Below are positions 26,246 to 30,495 of a stretch of DNA of 30,495 bases, in pieces. Position 1 is the first letter of the stretch. Every line of letters starts with the position of its first letter. The DNA is from a virus (Duplodnaviria; Caudoviricetes), in IMG/VR virus record IMGVR_UViG_3300025848_000135, positions 1 to 30,495 of that record. One strand, given 5' to 3'. A program made the position numbers and the translations under genes. Under the pieces are notes generated by a model. The model did no database searches. It was not told where the DNA came from and saw nothing but the letters and a program-made list of their open reading frames with translations.

Positions 26246-27360
26246 GCGCACTCGGATCAATGTACTACCAAAACCAGCGGGCCGAGATGCTTCGTCAGAA
26301 GGCGATGGAGGACGAGCAGGCCAAGCGACAGCAATGGGACACCTTCCGCCAGAACTTGCCGGAACGTAATGACACCTACCAGCGATCCATTGGGTTCATC
26401 CCAACGCGATTGCAGGAACAGTTCATCCGAAATGCTGGCGGCGATGTTCAGCGTGGATTGTCGGACTACCAGCAACAGGATGCGCTCGAACGCGAGAAGC
26501 TTGGTTTGCCACCCAAGTATGGCGTCAACGACGCATTGAACCGCCGTATCCGTCCGCTTGGCGGCGCTCCCGGCATCCCGCGAATCCCTGATGCTATTGT
26601 CCAACGCATCGGCCACATCGACCGCGCGACTTCGATGGGTCTTTCTCCCGAAGCCCTAACCCAGCGCGACTTGCAAGAACAAGCCCAGCGATTCGGTCTT
26701 GACGCCCAGCGGTTGCAGAACGAACGATTCTCCACTGAAACCGGCGAGATCGCCCCCAACGCACTCGCCCAGCGTAACCTCATGGGTTCGCAGGGCGTGT
26801 TGTACGAGGGCCAAGGCGCGGCGGCTCGCGGGCAAGGCACGCTCTATGAGGGTCAGGCGAACGTGGCGAACACGAACGCGGACCTCATGCGTCGCGCCGC
26901 CCAGACCTGGGGCAACCGCCAACTCCCCGCCGACCCGGGGATCAGCCCGATGCCGCAACAGGGTGGTGATCCGATCCTCCCGCCCGGCTACACGTCGCCG
27001 AACAATCCGCCGCCGGTTCCCGCATCGGTCCAGTCGGCGTTGATCCGCCAGCAGACGCAGCGTGAATCGTCGCAGGCCGATGCGGATTTGAGAATGAAAC
27101 TGTCGGATCGTTCGTTTGCCGGCAAGGAGTGGGAGCGTCTAAATAAAATCCTCAACCCCTATTCCGGCGCATCGGACGAGGAAAAGCAGGCGGCGCGTGA
27201 ACAGATGGCGATCATCAGCAAAATGCACCCCGATATTTTCCAAACATCGGGCGGCGGTGGGAATATCCCCACGCCAAAGACTAAGGCTGAATACGACGCG
27301 CTGCCTTCCGGCACGGTTTACATTGACCCGCAAAGCGGCAAACAGGCAAAAAAGAGATGA
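26242..27360 (+). CDS. Putative internal virion/ejection protein
   Basis: ATGA coupling; Q/R/A-rich and helical; C-terminal KAEYDALPSGTVYIDPQSG. Confidence 0.65.
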   Translation: MSALGSMYYQNQRAEMLRQKAMEDEQAKRQQWDTFRQNLPERNDTYQRSIGFIPTRLQEQFIRNAGGDVQRGLSDYQQQDALEREKLGLPPKYGVNDALNRRIRPLGGAPGIPRIPDAIVQRIGHIDRATSMGLSPEALTQRDLQEQAQRFGLDAQRLQNERFSTETGEIAPNALAQRNLMGSQGVLYEGQGAAARGQGTLYEGQANVANTNADLMRRAAQTWGNRQLPADPGISPMPQQGGDPILPPGYTSPNNPPPVPASVQSALIRQQTQRESSQADADLRMKLSDRSFAGKEWERLNKILNPYSGASDEEKQAAREQMAIISKMHPDIFQTSGGGGNIPTPKTKAEYDALPSGTVYIDPQSGKQAKKR

Positions 27361-30300
27361 AAAGCGCCTTTGGCGATGACATCACGGATTCCGGCGAAAC
27401 GTCGGCGTTTGGCGACCCAATCCATATGGGCGACGGAACCAGCGCGTTCGGCGATCCGATCCATTCCGGCAGTCCCACGCGCCCTTCGAGCGGCGACGGA
27501 TTCACCGACTACGCCAAGCGGTTCGGCTCCGAACTTGCCACGCAGTACGGTGAGTTTGGGCGGTCGGCGGCTTCTACGCTCGGCAAGGTGGGGCTTGGGC
27601 TTCTTGAGATGCTCGGTCAGGGCGGCGACGCTCGATCCAGCTACGGCCCGCCAACCGGCAACGACGGGTTTGCCACGGCCCGCGAAGCCTTGAACCGCGC
27701 GTTGCCCACGGGCGGCGGTCAGGCCGATCCCATGTCCACGTTTGGCGGTCAGATGGCGGCAACCACGCTGCCCGCGATGGCGGCTCCGCAAGCCTACGCC
27801 CCCGTCGTTGGCGGCTTGCTGGCGGGCGGGTTGGGCTACACGACCGCCCGCGATCAAGGTGCGACGCCGAATCAGGCTCTTGGCTCGGCGGCGATCCAGG
27901 GCGCCGCTGGTGCAGCGATGGCCCGCATCCCGCACGCCACAAGCCTCCCACGCGCCATTGCGACCGCCTACCTCGCCCCCAAAGCGGGCGAACTCGCCAA
28001 CTACGCCTACGAGCGGGCGACGTATAACCCCAACGCGCCGACCCCGCAACTGATGTCCGAGCAGGACATCGTGAACACGGCGGTCGGTACGCTGGCATAT
28101 GCCGGTCCCCGCATCCCTGCGGCCCTGACCGCTCGTAACGACATGCTCAACGCCCGCGCCGAGCAGGCCCGTGCGATGGAGTTTGAGCGACAGTTGCGGG
28201 TGGGGAATGAGTTTGAGGCGCAGCAGCGGGCGGCGGAACAGCGATTCAGCCAGCAGAATCCCATCGAAACACGCCCGTCGATGGAGGATTCCGCGATTGC
28301 GCAGCAGGCGGCGGAACAGGCTCAAAGAACATCGGACGAGGTTTTCGCCCAGCGCGTTATGGGCCAGCCGACGCTTGGCGGCGATCTTGGCGTTCCAGAA
28401 GGTGAGTTGAAAACGGTTGCGAGAATCCAGGCTGAGCGAAGGTTTGACAGAAACTATCCCCCACAAGAATCGACAGTTCCACAAGATTACTCGCTTGGCG
28501 TTGGCGAAGAAGCTAATCGTCGTCAACAGGCAGATGCACAGCGTATTGCATCCGAAATGGCAAACTCTGGCGGCATGGAGGGTGGTGGCGCGGCTCCGTA
28601 TGGCGAAGATTTGGCCCAATCGAGGATGACGAGAGAGCAAAGGGCTGATCGTGCAAGGCAGATTCAATACGAGCGACAACTAAGAAAGTCGGCCCAATAC
28701 GAAGCCGCCCTTGCCGAAGCAGAAGCAAGATTTAACGCGCAATATCCAGTCGAAAGAACCGGAATCTCTACGGAAGATTCCGCCATCGCCCAACGTGCTG
28801 CGGATGTCGCATCGCGTATTGATTCCGAGCGATTCGCACTTCGCACGATGGGGATGTCTGGTCTTGAAGGCGACGCGGGGGTGCCACCGGGCGAAGCCCG
28901 TGCGGTTCAGGATCGCGGGGCTGTCCCCAGCCGTGGCGATATGGGCCAAGTCCCGCAGGATCGCGTGTCGCAGTTCTACAACCGCCAGCCGCAGGAGTCC
29001 CCGCTTCCAGAGTCCCCGTCTGGAATGGCGGCGATTGATCCAAAGACCCAAAACATCCTGTCGGCGCAGGCGGCAATGCGACCGGAAATCCCGCCGACCG
29101 TCACAACCACCGGCAACGAGCGGTATCTTGCCCGATCCGAGGCCGACGCCCAGCGATACGTCGCCTACCGCAACGCCCGAATGGGCGGCGGCGATATCCC
29201 GTTCACCTACCGCCCCAACACCGGATTGATGGCGGGGACGTTTGAGGTTGTCAGGGAGCCGTACCCCACCCCCAATAGACCGCCAGAATCGCGTCAGGAG
29301 CCTATTAGCCGCGTCCCACCCAAAGAACCGCCCAAGACTCCACCTTCGCAGCAGGAACCGCCCACGGCCAAAGCAAACGCCGAATCCGCCTACGCCACCG
29401 CCGACGAGGTATCTGCCGCAATGGCAGCCGAGGGCGTCACCCCCGAACAAGCGTCCGCGTCCATCGCCAAACTACAGGAGGCCCGCAATGCCGCTAATGA
29501 AAGGGTCCAGCCAGAAGGCAATCTCGGCCAACGTGAAGGAACTGATACGGGCGGGGCACGAACGGCGGCAGGCGATAGCAATAGCCCTGCGGCTGGCGAG
29601 AGGAAAGCCACGCAAAGCGGTAAACAACCAGCAGGATTCGGGAAGCGAGAGCTAGAAAAGAAAATCCTAGACTGGTATGACACGGTTGCGCCAACCGAGA
29701 ACGATCAAGCCGCTATGAACGATAGTGGCACTGAGTTTCGCGGACTGACAAAGGACGATCTGTCGGGACTTGCCGGGAAAGACCGACAGAAGGTACGCAA
29801 ACTCGTGCAAAGTGGCGGCGAGGATTTCCGCGCGTGGTTGATTGAAACTTACGGTGCCGAAGGCGGCGATCGCCGATACGAACGCTACAAGCAGGAAATG
29901 CTTGCCGGTCGTGGCGGTCGTTTGGAAGAAGCCAAGCGGGCCGCGATGGGTGCCGACCCAGAAATGGCTCTTGCCGCCTTCATCCACGACAACATGCCAC
30001 TGAATGAAGCGGCGGTTCCTCATCAGTCTGTCGATCCCAAGACGCTGAATGTTGGCGACACATTCAAGATTCATGGAACCGAGTGGACCGTCAAGGACGG
30101 GGAGTTTGGAAGGTTCCTAGAAAGTTCGTCGGCTAAGCACGATGTCCCCGTGGATTTCGTTGATTCGATCCCCGTCGAAAAGGGTTCATTGAAGCGTGTC
30201 CGCAGGCCGACGCAGCCTGGACTTCTTGGCGAAATGTTTGATAGCGGCGAAACCGGATCAAAGACCGGGGCGTTGTTTGGTGAGGAACCGCCCAAGGAAA

Positions 30301-30495
30301 CCAAGAAACAATCGTCTGTTGATGAGCGTATCGCAAAACAATACGATCCGACCGCAACGCCGGAAATGTTCCCGACGCCCAAGCCCCCCAAAGGCGTCCG
30401 CAACCGTGGCTTCGTTGACGTTGGCGAGGTCGGCGCCGCCGTCGAAGCCGCCGGTAAGAAGGTGATCCAACTCGCCAAACCCGTCGCCCAATCCG
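27357..30495 (+). CDS. Large putative internal virion/ejection protein, partial (at least 1046 codons)
   Basis: ATGA overlap at 27357. I read the frame manually to the window end with no stop. It starts MKSAFGDDI...SAFGDPI...SAFGDPI and is absent from the ORF track. Confidence 0.85.
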   Translation, partial: MKSAFGDDITDSGETSAFGDPIHMGDGTSAFGDPIHSGSPTRPSSGDGFTDYAKRFGSELATQYGEFGRSAASTLGKVGLGLLEMLGQGGDARSSYGPPTGNDGFATAREALNRALPTGGGQADPMSTFGGQMAATTLPAMAAPQAYAPVVGGLLAGGLGYTTARDQGATPNQALGSAAIQGAAGAAMARIPHATSLPRAIATAYLAPKAGELANYAYERATYNPNAPTPQLMSEQDIVNTAVGTLAYAGPRIPAALTARNDMLNARAEQARAMEFERQLRVGNEFEAQQRAAEQRFSQQNPIETRPSMEDSAIAQQAAEQAQRTSDEVFAQRVMGQPTLGGDLGVPEGELKTVARIQAERRFDRNYPPQESTVPQDYSLGVGEEANRRQQADAQRIASEMANSGGMEGGGAAPYGEDLAQSRMTREQRADRARQIQYERQLRKSAQYEAALAEAEARFNAQYPVERTGISTEDSAIAQRAADVASRIDSERFALRTMGMSGLEGDAGVPPGEARAVQDRGAVPSRGDMGQVPQDRVSQFYNRQPQESPLPESPSGMAAIDPKTQNILSAQAAMRPEIPPTVTTTGNERYLARSEADAQRYVAYRNARMGGGDIPFTYRPNTGLMAGTFEVVREPYPTPNRPPESRQEPISRVPPKEPPKTPPSQQEPPTAKANAESAYATADEVSAAMAAEGVTPEQASASIAKLQEARNAANERVQPEGNLGQREGTDTGGARTAAGDSNSPAAGERKATQSGKQPAGFGKRELEKKILDWYDTVAPTENDQAAMNDSGTEFRGLTKDDLSGLAGKDRQKVRKLVQSGGEDFRAWLIETYGAEGGDRRYERYKQEMLAGRGGRLEEAKRAAMGADPEMALAAFIHDNMPLNEAAVPHQSVDPKTLNVGDTFKIHGTEWTVKDGEFGRFLESSSAKHDVPVDFVDSIPVEKGSLKRVRRPTQPGLLGEMFDSGETGSKTGALFGEEPPKETKKQSSVDERIAKQYDPTATPEMFPTPKPPKGVRNRGFVDVGEVGAAVEAAGKKVIQLAKPVAQS
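29488..29655 (+). CDS. 55-aa basic protein nested in the +1 frame of the large gene
   Basis: AGGAGG at 29476-29481, a 6-nt spacer, then ATG. Sequence MPLMKGSSQKAISANVKELIRAGHERRQAIAIALRLARGKPRK... Confidence 0.75.
   Translation: MPLMKGSSQKAISANVKELIRAGHERRQAIAIALRLARGKPRKAVNNQQDSGSES

Noticed and set aside
1-30495. tRNA/rRNA genes, integrase or att sites
   Set aside because: None recognised by eye. Whether this is a prophage or a free phage cannot be decided from this window.

Overview
A GC-rich tailed-phage (Caudoviricetes) genome segment. The host may be Planctomycetota/PVC, which is a weak inference from protein styles. At 1-3.5 kb a leftward array of small early-type genes follows a consensus sigma70 promoter, with a hairpin and a shared RBS between most genes; it includes an i-type/destabilase-like lysozyme. 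From 3.7 kb onward the genes run rightward: an ECF sigma-like protein, a lipoprotein/membrane gene, terminase, portal, scaffold, major capsid and two decoration-like proteins. A six-gene sugar-modification cassette follows (three glycosyltransferase-like genes, split TPP-dependent E1 beta/alpha subunits and a radical SAM/SPASM enzyme), then Thr/Gly-rich neck, tail and fibre genes and two ejection-type proteins. The last of these is an ORF of over 1000 codons that runs off the window and is missing from the ORF track. The most notable feature is a 344-aa intein in the radical SAM gene, inserted inside the CxxxCxxC motif. Its endonuclease slot is a disordered-looking spacer in the intein frame, while a complete Vsr/DUF559-like endonuclease is encoded over the same DNA in the +1 frame. 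The same +1 overprinting recurs at the terminase junction and as a 55-aa gene nested in the giant ejection-type gene. Family assignments come from motif recognition by eye; no searches were run.
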